A DNA stretch of 64,000 nt from the human T2T-CHM13v2.0 reference genome, Homo sapiens. Location: assembly GCF_009914755.1 (NCBI RefSeq), contig NC_060943.1; one strand, given 5' to 3'. Of the stretch, positions 38,931 to 56,739 are shown piece by piece; the stretch's first letter is position 1, and each line of letters begins with the position of its first letter. The position numbers and the translations under genes are program-made. The notes under the pieces are model-generated. The model worked only from the letters and a program-made list of their open reading frames with translations, ran no database searches and was not told the DNA's origin.

Positions 38931-39809
38931 TCTCCTACTATGTGGCCAGGTCATAGGCTCTGGACTCCAGGACCCCACAGAGCCCTACAGCTACAGGGTG
39001 ATGGAATGGAGGGCAGTCAGTGATTCTCTATTAAGCTGCCTTTCCAGAACCAAAATTGTGGAACGGGGAACAAGAATGTGAGATAATACTAATAATAGCG
39101 GCAGCAGCCAGCATTTCTTGTGGGCTTGCTGTGTGACAGCAATTCCGTCAGCGTGGGATGGCAGTATTATTACGTCTCTTTTAGAGATGAGGATGCTGAG
39201 GTCCAGAGAAGTGAAGTAGTAAGTGGCTGAGAAGGACAAGTTGGTCTGATTCCAAAGCTCCGCTCTTAAGCCCTGTGCTAGACTGAGCTCAAGTGGACAG
39301 AATCAGACAGTGGATATGGGAGAAGCCAGAGAGAGACGAGGGACCCAGGTTGGGTATCAAAGCTGGAGAATCAGAAACTGAGAATCCTAGAGACAAGGGC
39401 CTGGCTCCCATACAGCCCCCTTGACATATAGAGGATAGAACCAAGGCTCAGAGAGGTAAAGCATCTAGCCCAAGGCCACCCAGCTGAAGCAGGGCAGTGG
39501 GAAGGGAGACGGGGCAGAGCTGGGCTTCACAACCCAGTCACTGTGCACTCTGAACCCTGTTCCTTCCACTATGCCAAGCTGATCTCTAAATTCAAGACTG
39601 AGGAACTTAGGTTCAGGGTCTCAGGACTGGGGTCTGAGCTTAGGGAGACAAAAAGAGACTGGGGCCTGTGAATAGAAATTAGATAACCGTAATCTAGGAC
39701 TCAACTTAGAGTCACAGACTATCAGAACAGAAGGGTCCTCAAGGAGCCTCAAATCCAGGGTCTTCAGACTTCAAAAAGAATCTTATGCAGAAGCCCAACA
39801 CTGCAGCCA

Positions 39810-43140
<3,331 letters not shown>

Positions 43141-43804
43141 AAAATTAAAGTAGGGTAGGTTCTAGAACATTCCTTACAAGCTGATTGCTTGGACCCTTTC
43201 ATGAACCTGGGATCCAAATCCTTGTCCAGGATTTCCTGCAGTGTCAACACTGATCTAGTCCAACCTCCTCACTCTGCTATGAATATTTTATTTACGTATT
43301 TATTTATTATTATTATTTTTAGACAGGGTCTCACTCTGTCGCCCTGGCAGTGGTATGATCTGGGCTCACTGCAGCCTCAACCTCCTGAGTTCAAGTAATC
43401 CTCCTGCCTCAGCCTCCCAAGTAGCTGGGATTAAAGGTGCACACCACCACGCCCAGCTAATTTTTGTATTTTTAGTAGAGATGGGGTTTCGCCATGTTGC
43501 TCAGGCTTGTCTCAAACTCATGGGCCCAAGTGATCCTCCCGCCTCAGTCTCCCAAAGTGCTGGGGTTACAGGTGTGAACCACCATGCCCAGACTGCTAGG
43601 AATACTTTAATCCCCTCACTTTAAAGGAGGAAACTGAGTATAGAGAGACCTGCTAGGGGCAAACAGTGTGTGGATGGCAGTGCCAGGCTCAGGACACAGC
43701 CCTGAGGGCTCAGAAAGTAGTAGAAATAATGGAGGCAATGTGGCCTGGCACGGTGGCTCACGCCTGTAATCCCAGCACTTTGGGAGGCCGAGACGGGCAG
43801 ATCA

Positions 43805-44150
<346 letters not shown>

Positions 44151-46965
44151 TCATCCGAAAATCAGGGCTTCTGTGAAGATTGTGTCACATGAGCACAGGG
44201 CTTGGCACAACACTCAAAGCCATGAACCACAAGCTCAGGAGAGGGAGGGAGGGAGGGAGGTGCTCTCACACGTACCTTGGGCACTGCAAGGGCCTTCTTA
44301 GCTCATGTGATCCTCCCACTGCCCCTCAAGGCGAGACGCAGACCCGTTGTATAGATAAAGCAATGGATACTGTAGTTAAGTGACTTGAACTAATAAGAGC
44401 GGAGGAATGGGACTGAGGTCCCTCTGTCCGCAGCAGAGAGACTACTCTTAACTGCCACACTAGTCACCAAAGGGCAGAGTGAGGCATCTCAGCTCAATGA
44501 AGGGAATCCTCAGGACCACCTGGGTACCCTGACAAATTCTCCAAGACTGGGGCGAGACCAGCGGCTGAGGAGGGCGGGCCTATGCACAGCCTCAACTCCG
44601 TGGGACTTCTGCACCCCCAGCTTCCCCATGGGGCCTCTCTCTATCTCAGCGCCAGCCCATCCTGTCTCAGCACAAGATCCCTGAGCCTGCCCCAGGGGCA
44701 GCGCCAGCCTGCACCCCATCACCAGAGGCCCTCGCTCCCACACCCGGACCACCTCTAATCCCTAGCAGCATCCCTCATGGGCCAACAAGGAGCCTTCCTG
44801 ACTCCAGATCTGGCCCCGCCCCTTCCTGCTCAACACTCTCTCCCCAAGGTAAAGCACAGGACAACTGAGTCCTTCAGAGCCCCTTCCCCACCTGCTGCCC
44901 CGCAGCCCCTAGGCTGCCTCTGTCCCAACACTCACCACAACCCTCTGTACTTGCTAGGTATTAGTCACAGCTCTAGGCCCTGGGATAGAGCAGCGAATGA
45001 GACAAGTTCTAACCCACATCTTGCCCTAGGCACCCAGTTTGAGTCACATCTGAATCTCCAAGTGCCTGACACAGGTCTTGCCCAGAAACCCATGTCAGGC
45101 AATACCAGCGAATGAACAGGGCTTGTCTGGCTGTGTACACAGAGGCTGTTGCCTCCCTGTTCAACCTGACAAACACCTCCCAAAACCCCAGCTCCTGCCC
45201 CTCCTGCCGCTCCTGCTGCCTGGGATATTTTCTGGGCACCCAACTCCTATGCAACCCCATCTAATGCCACCTCTGCCAGGAAGCCTTCCTCCAGCCTCCT
45301 AAAGCTGACTCAGTCCCTCCTTTCTTTGGTAGTCCCTCATTGTGGGAATGACTGTGTCCAGGTCTATCTCCTCCATCAGACTGGGACCGCCTCCCAGTGC
45401 CACCTGAGAGCACCTGACTCATATCTGTGCTTCTAGAATGTAAGGGCCAGCACCATACAGCTTTGGTAAATATTTATGGAATGAATAAGTGAATCAACCC
45501 ATCAAGAGATAGGTGAACATCAGGAAGGGAAGAAAAATACAAGCTCCCAGGCCTTGAGGAGAAGCAGGGAGGAGAGTGAAGACACTTGAAGCTCCCAGGG
45601 TCACAGCTCAGCTCTCCTGACCTCCCCTCCCTGACCTTTGCACCCTGTTCCCCACCAAGGCCCCCAACTCTTCTGCCTCCAGGAGGCTTCAGGGATTGAC
45701 CGCACACCACAGCACAGAGGGTCTGACTGCTCCTAGCCAAGCCCCCAGGGCTCCCTGGGGAGGCTGTTAGGAGGTGTCTGGTTTCCCGTCTGCAGGCCAT
45801 CTGTCCCTCCACAACAGGATCACTGGCCCTGCTCCAGAGGGACTCGAGGTCCATTTTAGATCAGGAGTTCCCTAGGGACTGAGGGAACTGCTCTGCGACT
45901 CACTGCTTTAGGTGGCCCTCTAACATCCTGCAAAACCCTCTTGTAACCCTCTCTGAATGTCAGCATCCACAGCGAATAGCTGACACAGCTCAGAGTTACT
46001 GAGCGGCTCCCTCACTAACAATGAGTGCTGACAGGCCACGGACTTGGCCACTGTGAAGAGCATGGCTGCCTGGCATGTCCAGCCTCCAGGCCAGCCGCTT
46101 GGGGAAGCCTCCTGCTCGCCAGGCCCTGTGGATCACCCCCTCCCTGACCTCCTAAGGCACTGGAAGCCCATTGTGCCTGGCAGGAGTCAGCATGGTGCAG
46201 CAGAGAGGGCACCAGCTCCGAGCCTGACACTAGCTCTGCCGGGGACTCACTGTGTGACCTGCTTCCTTACCCTCAAAAGGGGGAAATAAGACAAAGCTCA
46301 CAAGGGTAGCCGTGAGGTCTAAAGAATGACGCTTGGAAAGGGCCTAGCACAGTGCCCGGTGCAGAACAGGCAATCAATAAATACTTGACATACAAAGGCC
46401 CCTCTGCCTCTGATTTGGTGAAATGCAGGAGTGGCACCCCCAGGGCTACAGGACAACGTCCCTGTCTGGTGCTTGGGTACTGAGAGGTCTGGAGCTTCAG
46501 AACACAGAGGTCAAGACTCAGGCTCTGAAGGATTAGAGACATAGCTTCCAGTCCTGGCTGTGCCGGGTGCTTGCTGTGTGACCCTGGGCAAGTCGCCTCC
46601 CCTCTCTGAGCCTCAGTTTCCACAACTTCAAGATGGACACTGAGTTGGCATTGTTGATACATGTTGTTGGCAAGGGTGGCAAAACAACTGTTCTGGCAAT
46701 CATGATTCATCAGGATTGACCAGAGCCAGATACTGTGCAAAGAGCTGGGTTAAATCTGGCCCTGAGGGCAGTCTGCTCCCTCCCTGCTCTGGCAGCATTT
46801 AGGATGGTAGCACCTTGTTCACAACCTGGAGTTGCTGCGTGCAGGAATCCCAGCCCCCACTGGCCTATGCGCTGTGCCAGCCAATGCATCCCTCCACCTC
46901 ACGGTGGGAGCTAGGACTGGGCTCAGGGCAGCGCCACTCCCAGGCCCCCATCTAGGGCCACTCAC

Positions 46966-47073
46966 CAGGATGGTTGTGACCACCAGGGTCTTGTTGGCCA
47001 GTGTCTGCGACAGGTTGATGTCCAGGGTGGTGGCATTCATGGCCAGGGTGCGGTTAGAGTACCACACCCCAAT
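46966..47073 (-). CDS. GRIK5: GRIK5 exon 11 (IGVWYSNRTL...LVVTTIL), ATD-S1 linker
   Basis: 108 nt, cccctag|ATT ... CTG|GTGAGT. Confidence 0.97.
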
Positions 47074-47188
47074 CTAGGGGGCAGAGAGGGTGCTGTCAGC
47101 TCAGGCCCTGCCTGAGGTCATGGCAGCCTCTGGGCCCGCCCCCACCCTCACCCCAGCAGGGCTCTGGCGTCACCCTGGGTCTGCTCAC

Positions 47189-47293
47189 CTCACGGTGGCC
47201 CTGCCGGGACTTTTCTAGGATGCGCAGGGTGTAGTTGGTTCTCTGCCCTTTGCTGTTGAACTCGACCCGCCCGGTCAGCCCATCATACTCTAC
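47189..47293 (-). CDS. GRIK5: GRIK5 exon 10 (VEYDGLTGRVEF...QGHRE)
   Basis: 105 nt, ctgccag|GTA ... GAG|GTGAGC; iGluR GLTGxVxF motif. Confidence 0.97.
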
Positions 47294-47683
47294 CTGGCAG
47301 GGTGGGGAGGTGGGGCAGAGGGAGAGTGCAGGGGCCCAGAGATGGGCAGGGAAGGCCCAACGTGGTGAGACATCCACAGAGAAAGGCACAGACAGACCGG
47401 GGTGGAGGGGACAAGAGAGAGAAGAGGAAGATCACAGTCAAAAGAGCAAGATAACATGCAAGGAAGCAAGAGGAGATGGGACAAAAGGCATGAAGAGGGC
47501 AAGACTCAGAAAGAGAGAGAGAGAGTAACCCAGATAGGCAGCAACAGCCAGGAGTGGACAGGGGAGGCAGTGGGTACGGTGGGAAGAGCAGGGAGGGCAG
47601 AGGGCCACAGGGTGGTCACAGTGAGCGCTCCCACCTGAGGTGGCCGTGTCCTGCCTCCTCCACCCATCCCCGCTCGGGCTCAC

Positions 47684-47836
47684 CATGCGCAGGTAGTTCA
47701 TGAGGCTGGTCCCGTGGGGCCAAATGTTGGCCGATGTACAGGCCAGAGGCTTCACACCGATCTCCTGGCTGCGGTTCAGCTCTCGGACAGCGCTCACCAC
47801 CACGTGCACGGCGTCAAACATCAGGGCGGCTGACAG
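47684..47836 (-). CDS. GRIK5: GRIK5 exon 9 ([10 protein letters not shown]...LMNYLRM)
   Basis: 153 nt, ccgcag|CTG ... ATG|GTGAGC. Confidence 0.97.
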
Positions 47837-48279
47837 CTGCGGTGGGACAGAGGCGGGGGTGGGATGGATAAGAGGCTGCCTAGGCAGAGGAGCCCCAAAG
47901 GCCCCTGAGCTGCCACCCTCAAACCCTCAAATAACTTCCCTCTCCCCAGGAATGGGAAACTGGGTGGGTCAGGAGTGAGGAAGTGGCTCTGGTGTCTTTC
48001 TTGGGAAGTGGAATTGACAGCGGGGAAGGTGTGTGTGCTTCCCATGTCTTGGTGGGAGTAGGTCTCCCAGAATGTATGTGGCCATGTATCTCTCAGAGGG
48101 TGCCTGGATAGCTAGCTGTGTCACCTGCATGGGCAGGTATGTCTGTGAATCTGGGTGATGCAGGCCAGGGAAGATGGCCATAGTCCCCGTCTGAGTGTGT
48201 CTGGGGCACGTTTACATGAGTGGGGCTGGACGACCATGCCCATTCATCTATACACAGCTTGGGTGTGGTGTCAGAGAGG

Positions 48280-48515
48280 CAGGAGCATATAATGATTGGT
48301 CGCGGGCCTGGGAGGCAGGTGGCTCAGAGCTAGAGGCCTGGCTCTGCTATTTTCTCATTCTTTGATAGGGCTAAGTCCTCATTCCTCCCTGAACCTCAGT
48401 TTCCTTCTCTGTAAAATGAGGATAATAGTAATCTCTACCTTCATGTGCTGTTACGGGGCTCCGGTGACATAACGCCTGTAAAGCACTCAGAACAGTGCCT
48501 GGCACACAGTTAGCG
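48280..48515 (+). mobile_element. MIR element
   Basis: Core ctgaacctcagtttccttctctgtaaaatgaggataatagta ... gtaaagcactcagaacagtgcctggcaca. Confidence 0.75.
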
Positions 48516-48984
48516 TCCCATACACTCTAGCCCCCAATCTGTGACACAACCACGGTGTCTGTGTGTGCTTGTTAGGGTGTGCCCCAGCTGTGTTAGTGTG
48601 AAGGTCTGAGTATCTGTGTTGTGTAGATGTGCACAGGGGTACACACAAATGTGCCTCTGTGTTGGGGTGTGTGATGTCCCTGTGTGGACACATCTGACTG
48701 GACAGCTTGGTGTCCATGTGTGCTCTGCGCGTAGAAGTGTCTTGGTGTCTTGGTATCTGAGTAGATGTCTGTGAACAAATACACATAAATATGCATCTTT
48801 TGTATGCTGGTATTTATTCAACATCTATTATCAGACACCTGTTATGAGCTAGGCTGTTTTAAGTGCTGGGGATACAATGGTGAACAAAATAAACAGAACC
48901 CCCTGCCCTCATGGAACTTACAGTCCTCAAATCCATATCTCTATGTAAGTCTAATATACAGTAAGCCACATCGTGATGAAATAA

Positions 48985-49278
<294 letters not shown>

Positions 49279-49281
49279 TAA

Positions 49282-49512
<231 letters not shown>

Positions 49513-50025
49513 TAATTTTTGTACTTTTGTAGAGATGGGGTTTCTCCATGTTGGCCAGGCTGGTCTTGAACTGCTGACCTCAGGTGATTCACCTGCCTCG
49601 GCCTCCCAAAGTGCTGGGATTACAGGTGTGAGCCACCGCGCCGGGCCAAGTTTACCATTTTTTAAACAGGAGGAGGAAGGAAAAATCTTATACCTGAGGG
49701 GACACTGGAGCAATGTCCTAGTGATGGGGAGCAAGCCACTGCTTCTCTCGGAAAGTGCACAGGAAGCAGGGGGAAGAGGGTGTGCAGAGGCCCTGAGGTG
49801 CACCTGCTTGGGGCATCAGAGGCACCTCGAGGAGCTGGTGTGGCCAGAGTGGTGTGGGAGGTAGAGAGAGAGGAGGACATGGGTCCAATGCATCACAAGG
49901 CCACACCACGAGGCCTCAGGGAGGGCGAGAGGGTTCTGAGCATGATCTGAGTGAGGTCTGAAAGGGGGCCCCAGAAGTATCTGTGCAGAGTGTTTCTGGG
50001 TGTGACTGGGTATCTGTGTGCTCAC

Positions 50026-50187
50026 CGCAGGGCCCAGGTAGGTGCTGGCTTCACAGTTCTCCCTCCAGGACATGTTGAGGCTGCGGACAAACTCAGGGTA
50101 GAAGGGGTGGGACGTGTTGAACATGGAGAAGCCCAGGATGTTGGAGGAGTCCTCCACAATACCGTCCAGATGCAGGATGGGGAAGTC
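50026..50187 (-). CDS. GRIK5: GRIK5 exon 8 (DFPILHLDGI...STYLGPA)
   Basis: 162 nt, cccag|GAC ... GCG|GTGAGC. Confidence 0.97.
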
Positions 50188-50288
50188 CTGGGACCAGGAA
50201 GAGGTGGTGAGGCCTGGGGCTAAGCCCTAATGGGACAGCTGTGATGGGAAGGAAGTGGGGGCAGAGATGGGCCAGAGGGCATACACAC

Positions 50289-50342
50289 CATGGTGGTGAG
50301 GATGTACTTGTAAAACGCTGAGGTCATTCCCAGTTCCGAGGC
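50289..50342 (-). CDS. GRIK5: GRIK5 exon 7 (ASELGMTSAFYKYILTTM)
   Basis: 54 nt, ttttccag|GCC ... ATG|GTGTGT; too short for the ORF track but needed for frame continuity. Confidence 0.96.
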
Positions 50343-51464
50343 CTGGAAAACACAGGAGGCAAAGAGGCAGAGTGAGAGACAGAGACCCACAGGCAGAGAT
50401 GGGGAGGACTCAAGAGAAGAAGAGAGATTTAGAGACAGCCCTGGTGAGAAGACACTCCATGGGAAACACAGTAAAGTAATAAATGCTCAGAGATAGACAG
50501 ACAGGGAGGAGGAGACAAGTGGGGGCATAGGGAGGCCTTAGTCCCTGGTGTCCCGCCATGCTGACTGCTGTCCCAGGTGGGACATTTTGCTAGAGGAGAG
50601 ATTTTGCTAGAGGAGATTTTGCTAGAGGAGAGAATAGGACTCCCAAATGTCCCCTGTCTCTCATGAAGGCACTTAGAAGATTTCCTTCTGGAGATAGGCA
50701 AGAAGAAGCCTCAGAAATAGGGCAGGAAGGGGAATTATCTTTTTTTTTTTTTAAAGACAAGATCTTGCTCTGTCACTCAGGCTGGAGTGCAGTGGTGGGA
50801 TCATAGCTCACTGAAGCCTTGACCTCTCAGGCTCAAGTGATCCTCCCACCTCAGCTCCTGAGTACCTGGAATCATAGGCATGTACCACAATGCCCAGCTA
50901 ATTTTTTAAAAATTGTTTTTTTGTAGAGATGGGGTCTTGCTATGGTCCCAAGCTCCTGGCCTCAAGCAATCCTCCTGCCTTGGCCTCCCATGGTGCTGGG
51001 ATTATAGGTGTGAGCCACCAGGCCCAGCAGAGAGGAGAGCCTTAATTTTAAGCCCTACACTCTCCAAAAGCCAAGGTTGGGCTGCAAATGTGTAGGACTC
51101 AGCCTAGGCATAAGGTCAGAAAATCGATTCCCTGCAATCTTTAAAAGTGCTTTGCAATAATAGCAGCCAGTTTGAACGTCAAGATTCATTCTTGAGACCC
51201 TTTTCTCATAATCCTCGAGGAAAACAAAGCTGGAAAAATTCTTCCTGCCAGAAGCACCCAAGTCTGTCCCCCCACGAGAATTATAACATTAAAGGGCACC
51301 AGCTTGCATTTCCTGGGTGGCAGGAGTTGGGCTCTCATCACGTGGGTGTCAGGGAAGGGCAGGCTTGGAGAGGGAAGAGACAACTGTTCACACGGCTGGC
51401 ACGGGAGGGGCCGGGATCCCAGCCCAGGCCTGCCTGGCTCCCAAACCTGAAACCTCCTCCTTAA

Positions 51465-51725
<261 letters not shown>

Positions 51726-51972
51726 TAGTAGAAATGGGGTTTCACCGTGTTACCCAGGATGGTCTCAATCTCCTGACCTCGTGATCCGCCCGCCTCAGCC
51801 TCCCAAAGTGCTGGGATTACAGGCATGAGCCACTGCACTTGGCTGACATATGGTTTTAATTAAAAAAAAAAAAAAGTAGAGAAAAATAAATAATACAAAT
51901 TTGGTTATTGGCCGGGTGTGGTGGCTCACGCCTGTAATTCCAGCACTTTGGGAGGCTGAGGCAGGCAGATCA

Positions 51973-52236
<264 letters not shown>

Positions 52237-52712
52237 TTAACACAGAGCTCAATAAAAAATGTTTAAAAATCCTTCAGAGCTACGATGTAGCCAGATCTGA
52301 CTCGGGGCCAGGCACTGCCCTGCATACTTTACCTGCCCCTGCCCACAGCCCCTTCTCTCCCCATCACTCGCTCTCTGGGCTTGAGCCACACTGCCTCCTT
52401 GCTGTTCTGTACACACCACAGTCTTGCTCCTGTCCTGCAGCCTGAACGCTGGCTGTTCCCTTAGCCTCACTCATTAACCCTCACAACCCACCGAGCAGGG
52501 ACTATTCACAGGGAGATGCGGTGACTGCTCAGGACCACACAACCAGGAAGCAGGCAGGCTGAGAGACAAACTTTACAATTATCATCTTCACGGAAGAAGA
52601 AGGTCTTGAAGCCCCCTTTTGACTCCTGAGGCCCATGGGCATTGGGTGACTTGCTCGGTCACCCCAAGTTTCTGGCCCCAGTCCTTTGGGAAATCAGAGG
52701 TAGGGGCCTCAC

Positions 52713-52891
52713 CTTACGGAGGATGAGGTGGGAGATGGAGGCGTTGGCGTCGATGATGATGGTGGACACCTTGTCATCACGGATCTCCTTGAGCAGTGGT
52801 GTGGGGTCCCGGCTGTCGTCCAACATCCTCACTGACAGCGTCTCCTTGGAGATGAGGAAGCCACGCACCAGTTCCTCCAATCGCAGCAGGC
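52713..52891 (-). CDS. GRIK5: GRIK5 exon 6 ([10 protein letters not shown]...SHLILRK)
   Basis: 179 nt, ccctcag|GC ... AAG|GTGAGG. Confidence 0.97.
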
Positions 52892-54351
52892 CTGAGGGAG
52901 GGGTGGGGCCTTGGGTTGGAGCCCTTCTGGGTACCCAGGCATGGCGTAGACACTCTCTCCTCCTCAACATGGGGCAGCTGGGCAGAGGACTGGAGGGTGT
53001 GCAAGGACATGGGGCAGCTGGGTCCCATGGGGTAATGGGCTTGGGGACCCAAAGCCTGGGCCCTCCCCAATTAAAATCCCAACCTAGACCTCTTCCTAGA
53101 ACTCCAGATTCCTGTCTCTGCCACCTTCCTGACCCCTCATTGGGTGTCTTGACAGGTATCTCATGCTTAATCTCCTTGCTCAACCACCACGGCTTCCCCA
53201 TGTTGGTGAACAGCATCTCTAGTGTGCCAGTCGCTCAGGCCAAAACTCTGGCTTCCTCTCTTTCACACCCAATCCATCAAGGCCCTCCCTTCCAAACACA
53301 TCAGATCCCCTCACGCCGTGCCACTGTCACCACCCTGTCCTGAGCCACCACCAACTCCTGCCTGCTGCAATCCCCAAGCCTGCCCCTGAGTCTGTTCCCT
53401 ACACAGCAGCCAGAATGATACGGGTCAGATGTGCTCCTCCTCTGCCCCAAACCCTCAAATGCCTTCCCAGCTCAGTCAGAGTCCTAGAGGCCAAAGTCCT
53501 CACAGCCTCCAAAGCCACACAATCTGCCCAACTCAACCCCTTGTTACTGCCCAGACTGCGGGAATTCAAGACCAGCCTGGCCAATATAGTGAGAAGCCAT
53601 CTCTTTAAAAAAAAAAAAAAGGTACTTGTTGAGCATGTGCTCTGTGCCAGGCTCTGCTCTTGGTATTGGGGGTCAGCTGTGAGTGAAGCAGACCAGGTAC
53701 AGGATGAGGAGATGAGTTGGGCAACAAACACCGCAAATAAATGCATTACATGGTTAGAAATAATGAGTTCTATGTTAAAGCAGAAATGAGTTATGAAGAC
53801 TGGGAGTCTAGTGTGGGTGTGGGGTGCAACTTTAAATGAAATGGTGGGCGGGGGCCTCATTGAGACACTAGAGTAGAGACTGATCCCTAATAGCCTAATA
53901 TCAAGAGCCAGGCCTGGCACATAGCAGCTGCTCAATAAATACCTTTTTTTTTTTTTTAACCATCCAGCCCACAGCTCCTCCTCTCCCCATCACTCACTCT
54001 CTGGGCTTGAGCCACACCACCTCCTTGCTGTTCTGCACACACCATAGTCTTGCTATTGTCCTGCGGCCTTCACGCTGGCTGTTCCCTTGGCCTAGAACCC
54101 TCTCCTCTCACATCCTTACACAGCTCCCTCCTTCCCCTCCTCCAGGTCTCTATTCCAACATCACCTTCTCAATGAGGCCCTCGCCCACCATTTCATTTAA
54201 AGTTGCACCCCACGCCCATACCATTCTTCATAAGTCATTTCTACTTTTCCATAGAACTCACTACTTCTAACCATGTAATGCACTTATTTGTGGTGTTTTT
54301 TGCCCAAGTCCTCTCCTCAGAATGTACTTGGACTACTTCACCCACGGCTGA

Positions 54352-54591
<240 letters not shown>

Positions 54592-54726
54592 TAGTAGAGA
54601 CGGGGTTTCACCATTCACAGGATGGTCTCGATCTCCTGACCTCATGATTCGCCCGCCTCGGCCTCCCAAAGTGCTGGGATTACAGGCGTGAGCCATCGCG
54701 CCCGGCCATAAATACCTTTTTTTTAA

Positions 54727-54951
<225 letters not shown>

Positions 54952-55851
54952 TGAATGTCTCAAAGACACACCATGCCCGACGTGTGCCCCGATGAATCGT
55001 GTTCCTCCTTGGCAAAGGCCTTGCACCATCCCTAGCCCCACCCTCTTCTTTCCCTCACGCCTCTCACATCACCCTGGCCCCCTCATTCCAACTGCCACCA
55101 CCTGGGCCCAGACCAGTGTCGCCTCTCCCCTGCCTTTCACTTGTCTCCTTGCCACCCCTCTTGTCACTCTCCAGCCTGTTCTCTACACTGCAGCCAAAGG
55201 GCTCTTCCTAGAACACGAATCTGACCCTGTCCCCTCGCCCTGCCCGGCGTGGGGACTTCCCATGGCTCCCATCATCTCTTGCTTCGTTGTTCTCACATTT
55301 CAGCCACTGGGAGTATCTGCAAGCCTCTTGAAGGGCTGTGCTCCCTGGGCCCTCTACCTCTGCCCGTCACACTTTCTACTTAGAACCTGTTCCCTCTTTC
55401 TTCCCACACCCTTCAGGTTCAGCTTGGATGTCTCTTTCTCATAGACACAGGCTCTGAACCTCCCAGATGGATTAGGATCCCTCCTATGTGATACCAGAGG
55501 CTCCACGTGCCTCCTGGCAGCACACATACCACTCTGTATCACAACAGCTCAATGACCAATGACCTCCACTAGAACCGGAGTTCCAAGCACCCAGGGACCA
55601 CGCCCAGGGCCTAGCAGAGGGCCTTGACATGGCAGGTGCTTAGTCACCATCTGGGGACTAAATGGATCTCTTTGGGGAGAGAAGGGGTCTGTAGAACCAG
55701 AGGCCTCGGTTTCTGAAGATGGGAGAAGAGCCTGGTGCCTGGGTGCCCCAGGGTTCTAACTAGGGGGCAGTGAACCACTGTGTGGGACACCAGATCTCTT
55801 GGGAAGGGGTGTCTGGGGGAACAGAAAACAAAACATTCAGTTCTCCCTCAC

Positions 55852-56017
55852 ACTCAGCCTTGGCGCAGATGAGGCTGGCCGAGGGGTAGTTGAAGGACTT
55901 GAGGATTCGGGAGACCGCCAAGCTGACGTCCTCGTTACTGGGGTACAGGCTGACAGACGCGAAGCGAAGGTACTGAAGGCGGGGTGTCTCCTCGGGACCC
56001 ACCTTGATGTGGGGGAT
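55852..56017 (-). CDS. GRIK5: GRIK5 exon 5 ([10 protein letters not shown]...LICAKAE)
   Basis: 166 nt, gtccag|ATC ... T|GTGAGG. Confidence 0.97.
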
Positions 56018-56121
56018 CTGGACAGAGAGGAAACTTTGGCCTCCATCCTGCTTCTCCGCCCAGCCCTCGCCTCCCAGGGACCCGCTCCCCACAAAGCGCC
56101 GGCCCACACTCCCCATCTCAC

Positions 56122-56219
56122 CTCCTTCTCTCCACAGATATGGCTCACGGTGGAGGCAGATGCTGGGCTAGAGGAGGGCCCAAGGACAGACACAACCCCT
56201 TTGGGTAAGATCTGACACA
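56122..56219 (-). CDS. GRIK5: GRIK5 exon 4 ([32 protein letters not shown])
   Basis: 98 nt, cccacgcag|TG ... GAG|GTGAGA. Confidence 0.97.
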
Positions 56220-56739
56220 CTGCGTGGGAAGGGGAAGAGACCGCAGAGTCAGGGACCCCCTGCCTCCTCTCCTTCCCCATCCCTCAGGGAGCCGCCATGG
56301 CCCAGGAGAGGATCAGACACTGGCAACTGCCTGATCCTCTTCTGCCATCCGGGACCCAGAAGGCCAGTCTCTGACCCCACCCAACAAGTGAACATGAGGG
56401 GGCATGAGATGGAGAGAGATGAGGACACAGCAACAGAGGGACAGGTCAGGCCAAGGGAGATCAAAGGAAGGGATGAAGAGAAAGAGACACCAGGGGCCTC
56501 CTCTGCCTACAAAGCCTGTGCCTAGTCCCTCAGCCACTGTTGTTCTCAACCTTTTCAGCCATGCCACAACCCACGGTGCACTCACCACCTCCTCCCCTGA
56601 CCCCACAGCCCAGGTCCCCTGGAGCCTTCCCATACTCCAAACACCACTCTCCCACTGCACTTACTTCCTCCTCTTTCTTCTGCTCTCTTCCTCCTTATAC
56701 ACATGTGTGTCTCAAGACTGGGAGGTGGAAAGCTGTTGT

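Noticed and set aside
47775-47794. RE1-like TTCAGCTCTCGGACAGCGCT in exon 9
   Set aside because: One nucleotide short of canonical RE1 spacing and lacks the ACC core.
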